Virus record (IMG/VR): IMGVR_UViG_2744054895_000002
Span: 14,096-78,095 of that record
DNA: 64,000 bases
Direction: 5' to 3' (one strand)
DNA from: a virus
Lineage: Duplodnaviria > Caudoviricetes
The notes beneath the pieces were generated by a model. The model saw only the letters and a list, made by a program, of their open reading frames with translations. It searched no databases and had not been told where the DNA came from. The position numbers and the translations under genes are program-made. The stretch's first letter is position 1. Every line of letters starts with the position of its first letter. Below are positions 48,932-57,958 of the stretch, piece by piece.

Positions 48932-49339
48932 GTGACACCGTTAGACCCCTGTCCGATCGCAGATCGCCAGGTCTGCCTGGCCACGCGCGACCTCGCGCGC
49001 GCCGTGCTGCGGCGGCTGAGTGTGACCGCGGCTGGGATCGAGCCGCGCATCAAGACCATCGTCGCCACTCGGGCCGACGACTTCATGGGCTACGACCTGT
49101 GGCGCCTGCATGGGAGCGACGGGCGGCTCCTTCTTCGGTTCGACCTGCTCAAGAACCCGGGCGCCGAGTGGGTCAAGCTCGCCGCCGACGTGTCGCTCCT
49201 CGCCCGGCTGGCCGACCTGCGAAACCACCCGCCCGGCTACTACTACGTCCACCCTCTGTCCGACCCCCGCGACGTCGCCATCCCTCTGCCCTCCAATCCG
49301 CGCGGCCTCGCTCCCCGCGCGATCGGACCGCTCCCGTGA
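48932..49339 (+). CDS. Hypothetical protein
   Basis: AAGGAG RBS, after promoter box. Confidence 0.5.
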   Translation: MTPLDPCPIADRQVCLATRDLARAVLRRLSVTAAGIEPRIKTIVATRADDFMGYDLWRLHGSDGRLLLRFDLLKNPGAEWVKLAADVSLLARLADLRNHPPGYYYVHPLSDPRDVAIPLPSNPRGLAPRAIGPLP

Positions 49340-49465
49340 TCGCCACGGCCTCGGCCGCGGACTTCGCCCAGCTCTGACCCCTGCTCGTTCGCAACCAACG
49401 CCGCACCATTCCCCGAATGCACATAGAAAAGAAGCATTCGGGAACTCACGCCACCGGAGGCATCC

Positions 49466-49813
49466 ATGCCCGCCCGTCCCTCGATTCCGGTCATCGACAC
49501 ACCGGAACACCACTTCGCCGCCATGCTCCTGGTCATCCTCACTCGGTCGCCCGACAACGCTGCCCTTCGCGCCGCCGCCAGCCTCGCGGACAACGCCGCA
49601 ATCGCGTCCTGGGCGCTGCGTCCGGACCACCTCGTGGCGCTCACCGTCGAGCAGTACCGGCAGCTTCTCGACTACGCCGCCGCTCCCCAAGTCCTCGACC
49701 TGGCCCTGTACCTCGGCGGCGACAGACGGCAGCTCCGCACCCTCATGGACCAGATCGCCCGTGAGATCGCCGAACTACTCACCCACTACGCCCGGCCGAG
49801 CATGCAGGGATAA
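49466..49813 (+). CDS. Hypothetical protein
   Basis: GGAGG RBS, after box variant. Confidence 0.55.
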   Translation: MPARPSIPVIDTPEHHFAAMLLVILTRSPDNAALRAAASLADNAAIASWALRPDHLVALTVEQYRQLLDYAAAPQVLDLALYLGGDRRQLRTLMDQIAREIAELLTHYARPSMQG

Positions 49814-49848
49814 CCGGCCGTCAACCAGCAACGCCACGAAGGAGAACA

Positions 49849-50130
49849 GTGATCAGCCCATCCCGCAACTGGTGGGTCATCTATCAAGAGCCCAACCCCG
49901 TCGAGATGACGATCCTCGCAGTTGAACCGGCGCCCGAGGGTGACGCCGCCCATGACAAGAAGCGCGCTCAGCTCCAGGAAGCCGGACAGCGCGCCTACGT
50001 CATCACCGCACCCGACGCGGACACCGCCAGCGACATCGCCTTTCGCGCCTGGGCGGAAGAACTCGTCGCCAGCCCGAAACGCCTGGCCGTCGCCGACGCG
50101 CACATCGCTGCCAACAACTCGACCTACTAG
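49849..50130 (+). CDS. Hypothetical protein
   Basis: AAGGAG RBS. Confidence 0.55.
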   Translation: MISPSRNWWVIYQEPNPVEMTILAVEPAPEGDAAHDKKRAQLQEAGQRAYVITAPDADTASDIAFRAWAEELVASPKRLAVADAHIAANNSTY

Positions 50131-50147
50131 ACCACTTGGAGATCGAC

Positions 50148-50747
50148 ATGCACTCCATCGCCTTGCAGATGCTCTGCGCGAGCGTGGTCAGCCGCTACGG
50201 CGTCCACCCGGATGCCGCCGAGAGCGCGCTGCTCGCCACCCTCGAACACTTCCATGCCGAATCCCACGATCCCGCCGTCGCCCGTACCGGGCGCACCTCC
50301 ACCCAGTACCTCAACGAGGCCATGCAGTCTCCCCGCTTCGCGGCGATGCTCTCGGCCAGCGCCCTCATGGCCGACGGCCGTGAGGCTGACGCCCGCCTGA
50401 ACTGGGAGGCGTACGTCCAGCGGGAGGTGTCGGCGGCCAGACAAGCCCACGAGGTCGTTCCGCCGAGCGCCCCCCTCGGCAACCCCGACGAGATCCACCG
50501 CATCGGTCGCCGACTTGGACTCCGCGATGAACAGACCGACCAGCTCATACGCCGCATCGTGCTGACCCTGGCCACCGGTTACCCGCACCGCTCGGCCCAC
50601 CAGCGTCACCTGAGCCTCACTGACATCCTCACCCAGGTCACGTCTTCGGAGCTGACCCTCCTGCTCCGGCACACCGCCCTGTTGGCAGCCGGACGTACCG
50701 ACGAGGCCGCCGCCGCGCTCCGTCGCATCCAGCGCGCAGCTCGCTGA
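50148..50747 (+). CDS. Hypothetical protein
   Basis: ATG after GACCACTTGGAG. Confidence 0.5.
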   Translation: MHSIALQMLCASVVSRYGVHPDAAESALLATLEHFHAESHDPAVARTGRTSTQYLNEAMQSPRFAAMLSASALMADGREADARLNWEAYVQREVSAARQAHEVVPPSAPLGNPDEIHRIGRRLGLRDEQTDQLIRRIVLTLATGYPHRSAHQRHLSLTDILTQVTSSELTLLLRHTALLAAGRTDEAAAALRRIQRAAR

Positions 50748-50826
50748 GCCCACCGTGTGTCGGCCCGTACGAGCACGGGCCGACACACGGCACCCTGCCC
50801 AACTACTCCGACCCAGGAGAAGCATC

Positions 50827-51885
50827 ATGAGCCAGCTCGACCTGTTCGCCGACATAGACGGCTCCGACGCGCCGCCGACGCCGCCTGCCCCCGCAACTCC
50901 GCCCCGCAGGTTTCTCGCCGACCTCCCGCCGGCGCCCGCCCCTGTCACCATTTCCGCGCAGCCGCGGACCACGCTCGCCACGGTCAAGCCCGCGCTCGGC
51001 CACTACCGCCCTCAGCAGAGGAACCCGCACGAGACCGCGTTCGACATCGCCGAGGCTGTCAGCTATGCCTGGAACCACGCCCATGGCGGGGCCGGAATCG
51101 AAGTCCCCATGGGCGTCGTAGCCACGCTCGCTCTGTGGCCACTGCGCGGCCCCGACGCCTACCTCGCTGCCGACTGGTGGCTCAGCCTCGATGACACCCA
51201 GCTCCTCACCGCGTTCCGCGAGTGCTGGGCACGTTGGTGGATCATGCGCCCCGACCTCATCGACCGGGCAACGCCCCTGCACAAGTGGGTTGACGATGAG
51301 GAACCCGGCCCGAAGCGCGCCCGAGCCGTGAGGGCGGTGGTCGAAGCCGCGCTCACCAGGGGACTGCTGCACCTGACCAGCAGCGAGGATCCCTACTTCC
51401 GATCGACCACGGACGTGATGGGCGCGCTGCTCGCCGTCATGCGCTCACAGGGTGCCCACGACGCTCTCGCGGAGTTCCACACCCCTCCGGAGGTCGCCGA
51501 ACTGATGGCCCGGATGATGCTCGAAGACGTGCCGCTCAAGCCCGGAATGGCATTCGACGAACCCGCGGGCGGGACTGGCGGAATGTACCGCGCGGCCGTA
51601 CAGGTCATGCGAGACAAGAGCATCGACCCCCACGACTTCGGATGGTCCCTGGCGGACATCGACGAACTCGCAGCGGCAGGAGCCGCCGTCAACGCGATCC
51701 TCTGGGACCTCGGACCGCACGTCCTGATCGCCTGCGGCGACACTCTCCACGAGGGCAACCTGACCGCGAAGGCGGCCCAGGAGGCTCGTGAGTCCCTGGA
51801 ACGGCGAGACAGGCTGCACTCGCAGGCCGTCTTCCTTGCGGCGATCCAAAAGGTCGAGGCCCTGGTACGAGGCGTCGCCGCCTGA
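50827..51885 (+). CDS. N6-adenine methyltransferase-like protein (HsdM-like, no visible NPPY/F)
   Basis: EFHTPPEVA, DEPAGGTGGM, ADID, GDTL; ends without motif IV. Confidence 0.7.
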   Translation: MSQLDLFADIDGSDAPPTPPAPATPPRRFLADLPPAPAPVTISAQPRTTLATVKPALGHYRPQQRNPHETAFDIAEAVSYAWNHAHGGAGIEVPMGVVATLALWPLRGPDAYLAADWWLSLDDTQLLTAFRECWARWWIMRPDLIDRATPLHKWVDDEEPGPKRARAVRAVVEAALTRGLLHLTSSEDPYFRSTTDVMGALLAVMRSQGAHDALAEFHTPPEVAELMARMMLEDVPLKPGMAFDEPAGGTGGMYRAAVQVMRDKSIDPHDFGWSLADIDELAAAGAAVNAILWDLGPHVLIACGDTLHEGNLTAKAAQEARESLERRDRLHSQAVFLAAIQKVEALVRGVAA

Positions 51886-51974
51886 CCAGGGCGGATATCC
51901 GCGAAATCTCTCACAGGTGATCTTGAACCCTCCCCTGAATGCATATAAAATAGAACCAATGGAAAGGGGGAGAC

Positions 51975-52115
51975 ATGGGAGAGCCGCCGTTCACCTTCCC
52001 GTACTGCCGCAGCCACGACATCCGATGCCAGGAGCCCGGCTGCGGTGCTTGCGCCTGCGACCACTGCTTCGAGTGCGGAGCCTGCCCCACCGAGGCATGC
52101 GAACACGACGCGTAG
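51975..52115 (+). CDS. 46-aa Cys-rich peptide (9 Cys)
   Basis: MGEPPFTFPYCRSHDIRCQEPGCGACACDHCFECGACPTEACEHDA; strong RBS right after promoter box. Confidence 0.6.
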   Translation: MGEPPFTFPYCRSHDIRCQEPGCGACACDHCFECGACPTEACEHDA

Positions 52116-52202
52116 CAAGTAGCCAGCATCGGCCCCGTCAGGCGGCGGGGCCGATCGGCCGCCTAATCAGGACCTCCTCAACCCGCCACAGATGGAGAGC
52201 AG

Positions 52203-52391
52203 ATGACCTACAAGAAGGGCGACCGCATCGCCCTCGTTCAGACCACCGACCCACACACCGAACTCAGGCCCGGCGACGAGGGGATCGTCCACCGGTTCGA
52301 GGCCGGTCTCTCCATCCTCTACGTGGACTGGGACAGCGGCTCCGCCCTCTCGATGCTCCTTGACGACGGCGACGAGGTGCGCCCCGCGTAG
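52203..52391 (+). CDS. DUF4314-like small protein
   Basis: GDRI.L...DP..L.PG..G.V...V.WD.GS.L. Confidence 0.7.
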   Translation: MTYKKGDRIALVQTTDPHTELRPGDEGIVHRFEAGLSILYVDWDSGSALSMLLDDGDEVRPA

Positions 52392-52444
52392 CCCTACCGG
52401 GTCCGCCCCGCCGTTCCATCAGCAGACCTCTTGGAGAAACACGC

Positions 52445-52969
52445 ATGCTCATCACCGACGCCGCAGTCCGAGAGACAGCGGTCACCCTCGTCCAAAGCCT
52501 TGGGGAAGGTTGGGCGCTCGACGCCCAAGCACCCGCCGACGGCGCAGCCCATCTCATTCATGTCGACGGACGAGCCATCAGTTTCCGCCCCATCTTCGGC
52601 GGAGCCACCGTCCAGCTGTGGATCACCGGCAACACCGCACCCACACTGCCGGGCGGCGCCACCCTTACCGAACGGGCAGCCCACGAAGCCCACATGGCTG
52701 CACGCCTCCCTGGAGGGTACCGCTACAACAAGGCAGCAACCCTCGTCAGTGAAGAAGACGAAGACCCCGCCGTCATCATCCTGCGCACCCTCGAAGACCA
52801 CCTTCTCCCGGCCTTCGAGTACAAGCCCCGCTACGTCGGCCACCAGCCATGGGTCGACCTCTTCGACAATGCCCTGGCTGCCGTGGCCGCCGAGCGCGGC
52901 GCCTCGCAGCCCTTCACTGAGCTCTGCGACGAAGTCGAGCCCGAGGCCGCCCTGGCCGGCACCACTTGA
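52445..52969 (+). CDS. Hypothetical protein
   Basis: ATG after GACCTCTTGGAG. Confidence 0.55.
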   Translation: MLITDAAVRETAVTLVQSLGEGWALDAQAPADGAAHLIHVDGRAISFRPIFGGATVQLWITGNTAPTLPGGATLTERAAHEAHMAARLPGGYRYNKAATLVSEEDEDPAVIILRTLEDHLLPAFEYKPRYVGHQPWVDLFDNALAAVAAERGASQPFTELCDEVEPEAALAGTT

Positions 52970-53140
52970 CCGGTACACCTCGACCCAGGGGCGTGGCCAC
53001 GCCGCGCCCCTTCCGGGGTGCCATGGGCAACGACGCCGGGGTTATCGCACGCCCGAAAATGGCGGTATCTCAGAGAGCGGCAGCAGTTGTCCTATACTGT
53101 GAGGTTTCGTCAAACAGGGGATTCATGAGGGGGAGACGTC

Positions 53141-54130
53141 ATGGCAGTCCTGCTCTACTACCCGCGGGTGAACCCGCCCAGGGAGATCCTCCACAAGGCG
53201 CTGCTGTACTGGGACGGGATCGCGACCGTGGTACCGCATGATCCCGACGATTACGCAGCCGCAGTTCAGCCGGAGCTGACGCAACTGCGGGAGCAGGGCC
53301 TGTATACACCTTTGTTCTTCATGCGTCAGGTGATGGACGTGCTGAACTTCCCGCGCTGGGATTTCAACTCGCAAGTGTTGCTCGAGGAGATCCAGCGAAT
53401 GGCCGAGAGCCCGGCCCGGCCGCGGCTGCCGTCACCGCCCGAGGCCTACCTCTATAGGTCGAAATTCAGTGAATGGGTGGAGATGGTACTCCTCCAGCAC
53501 GGTCTGGCCGAACGTATTCCCGACGACAGTCGCTATGCGGTGCCGAAGGAGGTCCAGCACCTGGTCGTCAGTGTTCTCGCCCGTGAGTGGGGCACCCCCT
53601 TCCCGGCCTCCTACGTGCCCTACACCGACCGCTCGGACGCCTATGAGTGGGCCCTCCGCGCCCATGACGAACAGCGGCTACCCGCCTTCAGGGCAGAGCT
53701 CGGCCGTCTCCTCCCGGTCCCCGCCCCCGGCACGTCTACCGCCGATGTCCTTGTCTTTCGTGAGCGGTTCAACGACGAGCGGCAGCGCCTGATGCGGGCC
53801 CTGCACCGCCTGCTCACCGATCTCCGACGCGACTACGAACACCCGGCCGAAGTCATAGCCGAGCTGCGTCGCGAGATCGAGGCAGCGAGCAAGGACTACC
53901 AGGCAGCGGTCAGCAGTAGCAGGATGGCTTGGGTGCACCGCTCGGTGACGGCGACCGTGGCCCTCGCAGCCGCCGCCGCGAGCGCGGTGGAGCCCAACCT
54001 GACCTGGGCTCTGGGCCTTGTGGGTGGCTACACATTGAACGTGGCGACCCGCGAGATTCGGCCTCTGAAGGACGCCCGCAAAAAGCACGACTTCGCGTAT
54101 CTGCACCGGGTCGAGACCGCCTTTTCGTAA
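53141..54130 (+). CDS. DUF6236-like protein (att-proximal moron)
   Basis: LYYP...ALLYWD.I..VVP N-terminus, hydrophobic hairpin and FAYL near C-terminus; own promoter-like TATACT. Confidence 0.55.
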   Translation: MAVLLYYPRVNPPREILHKALLYWDGIATVVPHDPDDYAAAVQPELTQLREQGLYTPLFFMRQVMDVLNFPRWDFNSQVLLEEIQRMAESPARPRLPSPPEAYLYRSKFSEWVEMVLLQHGLAERIPDDSRYAVPKEVQHLVVSVLAREWGTPFPASYVPYTDRSDAYEWALRAHDEQRLPAFRAELGRLLPVPAPGTSTADVLVFRERFNDERQRLMRALHRLLTDLRRDYEHPAEVIAELRREIEAASKDYQAAVSSSRMAWVHRSVTATVALAAAAASAVEPNLTWALGLVGGYTLNVATREIRPLKDARKKHDFAYLHRVETAFS

Positions 54131-54360
54131 TCCGATGCCTCGGTGAGCCCGCGCCCACCAGCGCGTCCGGCAACTCACCGTGGAGCGAGGTGGAGCAACC
54201 GGATAGGCTGACAGGGCAACGTCTGGCCTGCGACAACGGCCACAGAGGCTCTGCCCCGGGTTCAGGGGCGGAGCCTCTGCGCGTTGGAAAGGGAATCCGC
54301 TGCGGACGGGTTCGGAGCCTTCTGCTGAGCTGGCGATTTTGGCTTTCCCGCCCGCCCTTC

Positions 54361-54398
54361 TGTCCTCAAGAGACCCGTTGAGGACGCGTTGGGGACGC
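54361..54398. repeat. Putative integrase arm-type sites
   Basis: GTTGAGGACGC/GTTGGGGACGC tandem plus inverted TGTCCTCAA, ~115 bp from att core. Confidence 0.45.
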
Positions 54399-54512
54399 AA
54401 GGATAGGAACAGACTGGCAAAGACGGGGAAGCGCCGACGCAGATCGCCCCCTCTGACCAGCAAAAACGCCAAGGATCGGCGTAGAAGTGCAAGGGCCGCC
54501 AAGATCCTCAAA

Positions 54513-54560
54513 GGACTCATAATCCGTCGGCCGTGGGTTCGAGTCCCACCCGCCCCACCA
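54513..54560 (+). other. att core: duplicated 3' part of tRNA(CAT) (Ile2/Met)
   Basis: GGACTCATAATCC anticodon arm, GGTTCGAGTCC T-arm, CCA end; 5' half absent. Confidence 0.88.
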
Positions 54561-54785
54561 AGAAAATCGATCTGACCTGCGCAAACGCGGTTGGAGAGGC
54601 GAGTTGTGTGAGGCATTTGCCTCAGATCGGTGAGGCAAACGCGCGTCTGTGTGGCGCGGTCGATTTTCCGGCTCTCTTGTGACCTGGGGTTTTGGAGCGA
54701 CACCTGGGTGAGATCCGTGGTTGATGCTCCCACGGCCCCGACGCCGGCCCACCTTGCCGGGGCGTCATTCGCGGCATGGTGTCCC

Positions 54786-54917
54786 ATCAGTGCCCGCCCC
54801 GCCGAGGTCGAGGACCGCAAGGTTCCTGGTCACTGGGAGGGTGGCCTCGTGGTGGGCACACGGCTCTCGGCGGTCGCAACGCTCGTCGAGCGCACCAGCC
54901 GCTACACGACCATCGCT
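54786..54917 (+). pseudogene. IS30-family transposase fragment
   Basis: [23 protein letters not shown]...[10 protein letters not shown]. Confidence 0.8.
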
Positions 54918-55421
54918 GCGCCGTCTGCGAGGGTGCCTGTGCCCTTGATATGGGCCGAGACACTGCCGACCGTTCCGGGGCGCCGTGCGGATTCAAGCTG
55001 GTCGGCCAGTTGCTTTGCCACTTCCGATGGGGGCGAGAACGCTTCGAGCAGGAGCCCGCTGTCGAAGAGCTGGCTTCTGGGCTCCCCGGCCTCGTGCATG
55101 GACACGGAGACGTGTGGAGTACCGACTGCAAGTTGGTGTCCGGCCAGGACGGTGTACGCGTTCAGCAGGTCGCGGAGACATGCAACGACCTTGTTCCCGG
55201 CTTGGCCGAACTGCCCCCAGGCCCAGCGTCCAACGGCAGAGGTGGCGATCACAGCGTTCCTGTTGGCCATAGGTCGGGAAGTCGATCAGATCCGCGGTCG
55301 GTGGTGTTCACGAGTCTTGGGTAATTGGGTCCTTGCCGTCGCGGAATGGAGGTGCTCCTGGCGAAGCTGGTCACGCTCCATATGTCGGAGGTCGGGCTGC
55401 TCCGAGAGGCAGCGGGACCAT

Positions 55422-56187
55422 CTACGTGCTGGTGTACGCCATGAGCAGCGGCTGGAAGAAGCCTGTCTCCTGCGGCATTCGCCATCTGGGGTCCGCGAAT
55501 CCCGCGTCGGTCACGAGGTCGGCCAGCCGTTCCCGGCCGAGGGCCCAGTAGGAGGTCCGGCGGACCTGGACGTGCCATTCTCCGCCGGTCGGCAGGAGTT
55601 GGAAGTGCTCCAGGTCGTAGTGCTCGCCGTCCTGGTGCCAGTGCCAGAGCTGGAAGGTGACGGTCCGTTCTTCACCGTCCGTGGGCCGGTGGACCTGCGG
55701 AGGCGTCGAGGCGGGTCGGTCGCGCAGCAGATCGTCGTAGGGGCGTGTGCTGATCAGCAGCAGACCGCCGGGACGCACCACGCGGCGCATCTCTGCCAGG
55801 GCGGCGTGGGTGTCCTGCTCGGTCAGAAGATGGGGAAGGGAGTTGTCGGCGCAGACGACGGCGTCGAACCGGGCGTCGGAAAATGGTAGGCGCCGCATGT
55901 CGGCGGCGGCCGCGCAGCGTCAACTTCCGACGGATGGCCTCTCGGGCGGCACGAGCGGCGGCGCGCGGGCTGAGGTCCGTCCCGGTGACGCGGTGCCCGT
56001 GCAGCGCGAGGCCGATGGCCTGCGTGCCGATACCGCAGGAGCAATCGAGCACCGAGGCACGGTCCTTACCCATGAGGGCGTCCAGGGTCTCACCCTGCCG
56101 ACGCACGCTCGCGTCCCAGTCTGCGTAGATCAGGTGGTAGTCGTCGGCCAGTTCGTCGTAGAAGTGCGCCACCGAGGTATCGGGCAT
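55422..56187 (-). pseudogene. Class I SAM-dependent methyltransferase, frameshifted near 55910
   Basis: N-half VLDCSCGIG; C-half DMRRLPF..FDAVVC..NSLPH...RPGG in another frame. Confidence 0.75.
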
Positions 56188-56463
56188 GGCCCGAGGCTAC
56201 GGTGCCGGCTCCCCCTGAGGCACTGAAGTGCTGGTCACCTCATGCCCGCCTGAAGCCTTCGCTGACGGTGCTGCCGTCACTTCTCGCGAACATCCGCGAG
56301 TGCGGTGATCGCCCCAGTGAGTCGGAGGATGTCCTGTCTCTGTCGATCTGGTCCCTGTCTTAAGTGATCTGGTCCGATTGGCTCGCCGTATCAGATGATC
56401 TGGTTCGCCGCGAGTAGTGGAAAAGACGGTGGTCGAAGATCGTTCAAGCGGCAGACTGGCCCC

Positions 56464-57057
56464 ATGACCGCATCGGATCCCAAGGCTGACCTTCACTTTT
56501 ATCTGCAGTCCGCCCGTGATGCCTTGCTCTGGAAGCTCGAAGGGCTCTCGGAGTACGACATCCGCCGCCCGCTGACGCCGACCGGCACCAACCTTCTGGG
56601 CCTGGTGAAACACGTGGCCAGTGTGGAGCTGGGCTACCTCGGCGACACCTTCGGACGGCCGTCCGGCGAGCCGCTGCCCTGGCTCGAGGACGGTGCTGAG
56701 CCCAACGCGGATATGTGGGCCACCGCCGACGAGTCACGCGATCACATCGTGGAGCTTTACCGCCGGGCGTGGGCGCACGGGGACGCGACGATCGACGCGC
56801 TGGCTCTGGACACGATCGGCAAGGTCCCGTGGTGGCCCAACGGAAGGGACGAGGTGACGTTGCACCATGCCGTGGTGCGCGTGATCGCCGATACACACCG
56901 GCACGCCGGGCACGCGGACATCCTCCGGGAACTCATAGACGGGGCCGTGGGGATGAACCAGGGCAACGACAGCATGCCGCCGGGCGACTCAGCCTGGTGG
57001 GAGAACTATCGATCCCGGCTGGAGCGTGCAGCTCAGGAAGCCGATCGAGACGCGTAA
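56464..57057 (+). CDS. DinB/DUF664-family protein (transposon cargo)
   Basis: LLWKLEGL...TNLLGLVKH...E; RHAGHADILRE. Confidence 0.85.
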   Translation: MTASDPKADLHFYLQSARDALLWKLEGLSEYDIRRPLTPTGTNLLGLVKHVASVELGYLGDTFGRPSGEPLPWLEDGAEPNADMWATADESRDHIVELYRRAWAHGDATIDALALDTIGKVPWWPNGRDEVTLHHAVVRVIADTHRHAGHADILRELIDGAVGMNQGNDSMPPGDSAWWENYRSRLERAAQEADRDA

Positions 57058-57206
57058 CTGCGGACCAGACCGAGTCGGCCGACTACCGGCATCGGTTCTC
57101 ACAGGGATGTCGCTCGTTGGGGTCACGTCTTCCGCCTCCGGGACATGGGACCCCGCTGGGTGTTCCACCCTCGCAGTGCAGGGGCGAGGGCAGCGGGGAG
57201 GTGCTC

Positions 57207-57958
57207 GTGGGCGAGCCCGCGCAGGCGACACCTGCCTGGGAGTACGCGTCGGAGGCCCAGGTGGGGTTCGTCGGTGCCGACGGCGCCGCACGGCTCGGTC
57301 CACTGGCCCGTTACTGGGGCGAGCCGTTCGAACTGGCCTCGCCGACCCGGAAGTTCATCGCGTTCAAGGGGCAGAAGAACTTCACTGGTGACTATTGGGC
57401 GGCGACCACGCGTGACCTGGTGGGGTACGAGTCGTGGGTGGAGCGGGATGTCGCGATGGCCCTGGACTTCGATCCCGCCGTCATCGCTCTGGCCTCCCAG
57501 CCGTTCCGTCTGCTCTGGACGGATGGCGACCGGGATCGTGAACACACCCCGGACTACTTCGCCAGATTGTCCGACGGCACCGGCGTGGTGGTCGATGTCC
57601 GGCCCGAGAGCCTCGTCGATGAGGAGGCTGCCGAGGTCTTCGCGTTCACCGCGCGGGTCTGCGCGACGGTGGGGTGGCAGTTCCGGCTGGTCGGGATCAG
57701 CCGTTCCGGGCGAATCTGCGCTGGCTGGCGCGCTACCGCCATCCGCGCTGCCACCGGACGTCGGTGGCGGACGCGCTGCGGGAGGTGTTCGCCGAACCGC
57801 AGATGCTGTTCGCGGGGGCCGATCGGGTCGGAGACCGGATGGGGGTGCTCCCGGTGCTCTATCACCTGCTCTGGCGGCACGAACTGACTGCGGACCTGGT
57901 CGCGGGTCCACTCGGTGGCGGGACGATCGTCCGCCTGGCGGCGAGGGGGCGGTCATGA
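57207..57958 (+). pseudogene. TnsA-like endonuclease subunit, frameshifted near 57695
   Basis: YESWVE, SQPF, HTPDYF, VDVRP; C-part ANLRWLARYRHPR in another frame. Confidence 0.8.

Larger units (their letters stand above)
1..54560. mobile_element. Siphovirus-type prophage (left end outside window)
   Basis: Ordered terminase-portal-capsid-tail-lysis-replication genes ending at a tRNA 3' fragment (att core). Confidence 0.92.

Noticed and set aside
54513-54560. Functional tRNA gene
   Set aside because: 5' acceptor strand and D-arm are missing; only the att duplication is present
54449-54690. TGACCTG-like short motifs flanking att
   Set aside because: Too short and degenerate to assign a function from this window alone
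54630-55889. 419-aa ORF as a real gene
   Set aside because: Only ~45 codons resemble IS30; the rest is largely antisense to the methyltransferase pseudogene
57108-57130. TGT at 57108 as transposon left end
   Set aside because: No match to the right end or TSD; 56330 matches both
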